Shown here piece by piece: positions 62,041-64,000 of a DNA stretch of 64,000 nucleotides. The DNA lies in assembly GCA_963514005.1 (NCBI GenBank), contig OY740787.1, forward strand, positions 34,968,001 to 35,032,000, in the 5' to 3' direction. This DNA comes from Raja brachyura. Its lineage: Eukaryota. Position 1 is the first letter of the stretch, and the number at the start of each line of letters is the position of its first letter. The translations under genes and the position numbers were made by a program. The notes beneath the pieces were generated by a model. That model saw only the letters and a program-made list of their open reading frames with translations, had not been told where the DNA came from and made no database searches.

Positions 62041-63562
62041 ACAGGTTAAGGCTTAGTAAGTAATGATGTGGCTTTAGACCTGTTTTTATCTAACAGGCCT
62101 ATTTCAAGTTTGAATATCTGCCGCATCATTACATTGATGTATAATCAAGAAAGGGAAATAAGCATGCAACATAGTCCATAAGATAAAGTAAATACTTCCA
62201 TGCACCGACCCCCACCCCTCCCCCAAAAGCGACAAATTACCCCAAGCGTTTGTATTCGCGTAATCCGGCATCAATCCGCGCATCAACTACATGACCATCT
62301 ACAACGTCCAGATTGCCACAGTCGCTTTGTTTTGATGCTGCTATATGTTCTTACTGAATCCATGCCAAATGTGTATTCGCTTTCTTAAATCAAACCCATA
62401 AGTATGTCCAATGCTTAGAAATAATTATGTTATGATGATGATCATTTAATTATTGTTTGAACTGAACTCTAACGAGTAAAGCGTTTGCATTTTGCTTTGC
62501 TAGTTCCATTTTTATCCATTAACCATTCCTGCGACGCACTTTAGAAGGTTTTTACAATTGATTCGTTATCACAGCTGTAACCAAAATTGCCAGGCAAGCC
62601 AAAAGGCAAATGAACGAGAGCAACATTTATTATCTACAATGCATCGCATTTAAAACTGCTAAAACGATATTCCAGACCAACTAATATACTCCCTTCCAAT
62701 GCCACCTAATCTGAAACATTATGTAAACTGGTGCAAATATATTACTTTTTAGAAACAAAAGTCCATTGGTGTTGAATGAAACAGTCTGCGACGGAGTGGA
62801 TTTTTTCATGATGTAATTCTGCTGCGGCCCAGTGGTAGCTCAAGGAATTAATCATCCCAGTTATTGGTACATAACAAAAATCGTAAATAGCTGTAGGTCA
62901 CCATTCTCACTTTCTGTTGATGCAACAAACAATGCACAAGACTCATGTACAGGACGGGGATTGCGCCTGCGAGGTAAGTGCATTAATTAAGCGAAATAAC
63001 CAGCTCGGTGTAAACGAGGAACAAAAAAGAGTCAGACGAAGATCCAATTTGCCACATAAGATAATTTACAATCGGAAAGTATTTCATTCAGCCTTTTCAA
63101 ACTTTGATGTTTAATAATAGGGATTTTTATCAAAACATCTTCGCTTGTATTCACACGGAAGTCCGAATGCAGGCTAAAAAAAGGCATTCTTTACCTTACT
63201 TCACCTGAGGCAGATTGTGACAATATGTTTAATTCAGTGAAAAGTGACAGATTTATTTGAACGGAATAGAAATATTACGCGGAACCTTGAAAACGTTTCT
63301 CAATTTTCAAAGTTGTTTCTCATGAAATTGTACTTGCAATGTATGATTTCGTTTAATGCTGACTTTGCATGTTTCTCATTTTAGTGGAGGAAATCAGCCA
63401 CGTAAGTTTGGCGTCGTTTAATAATAACAATAAAACTAAAATATGTGATGCAGTATTTTCTATAACAATTTCAACTATGTGCCAACTAGGATGCCGAAAC
63501 AAAGTGTGTATTTTTGATTTAGGTGAAACAAGTCCTCTCACTCCTGTGGCTTGAAGACCGGA

Positions 63563-63577
63563 AGCGCCACCTAGCGC
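63563..63577 (-). promoter_or_regulatory. Candidate CTCF site (reverse)
   Basis: Minus strand GCGCTAGGTGGCGCT vs consensus CCACTAGGTGGCGCT (13/15). Abuts an ETS-like CCGGAAG. Confidence 0.55.
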
Positions 63578-64000
63578 ATTTGTTCTGGTCGGCGTTAAGA
63601 CATCATATTCAAATAACTTAAAATTATTGTTTGACAGAATATATAAAGGACATCTAATATGTAACATAATTCTGGCAGTACAAACCAATGATCCATTCAA
63701 ATGCCTGCACAATTATGATATCTGTACGTGGATGGAATAGTCTTGTGGTTATAATTTGCGTTTCGCTTGTTTTCCAATTTGAGTACAGACGCGTTGGGAC
63801 ACGATCTGCCTACACATCTATGATCTAACTCACTATAACATTTAAACAAACAATTCAAAAACAAAGTCATCCTGATTTAATTATAAATTAGATCAAATCA
63901 TCTGTCAACGCTGTTAGCATGAAAGGCATTTTGTTTATTTACATCAGTGTAGCAACGAGGTAAAAGTCAATGATGTTCTGAGAAAATACACTGTAAAAGA

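Overview
Vertebrate genomic DNA, most likely a cartilaginous fish (skate/ray-like; inferred from the repeat repertoire and the compact En1 protein). The only intact protein-coding gene is engrailed-1 (en1) on the minus strand. It has two coding exons (57658-57154 and 54539-54220, 274 aa, EH1-EH5 all present) and one GT-AG phase-1 intron. Bases ~1-43 kb are the downstream gene desert. This part is dense in decayed transposons (DIRS 3' end, many CR1 LINE tails, L2/RTE-like remnants, V-SINEs, a Tc1 remnant, a MITE, Penelope-like pieces) with repeat-free, motif-rich islands that look like conserved non-coding elements. From ~44 kb to the end the DNA is nearly transposon-free and visibly retains CpG despite being AT-rich, as expected for a hypomethylated developmental-gene domain. 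I found no convincing new protein-coding system. The best leads are: (i) hammerhead-bearing Penelope remnants and tiny fold-back derivatives with target-site duplications; (ii) stacked uORFs in the en1 leader; (iii) a convergent pair of CTCF-like sites around en1; (iv) an LF-SINE-like element; (v) a 75-bp templated insertion; (vi) a teleost-like Tc1. Repeat family names come from recalled consensus patterns, not from a database search, and repeat boundaries are approximate unless stated.
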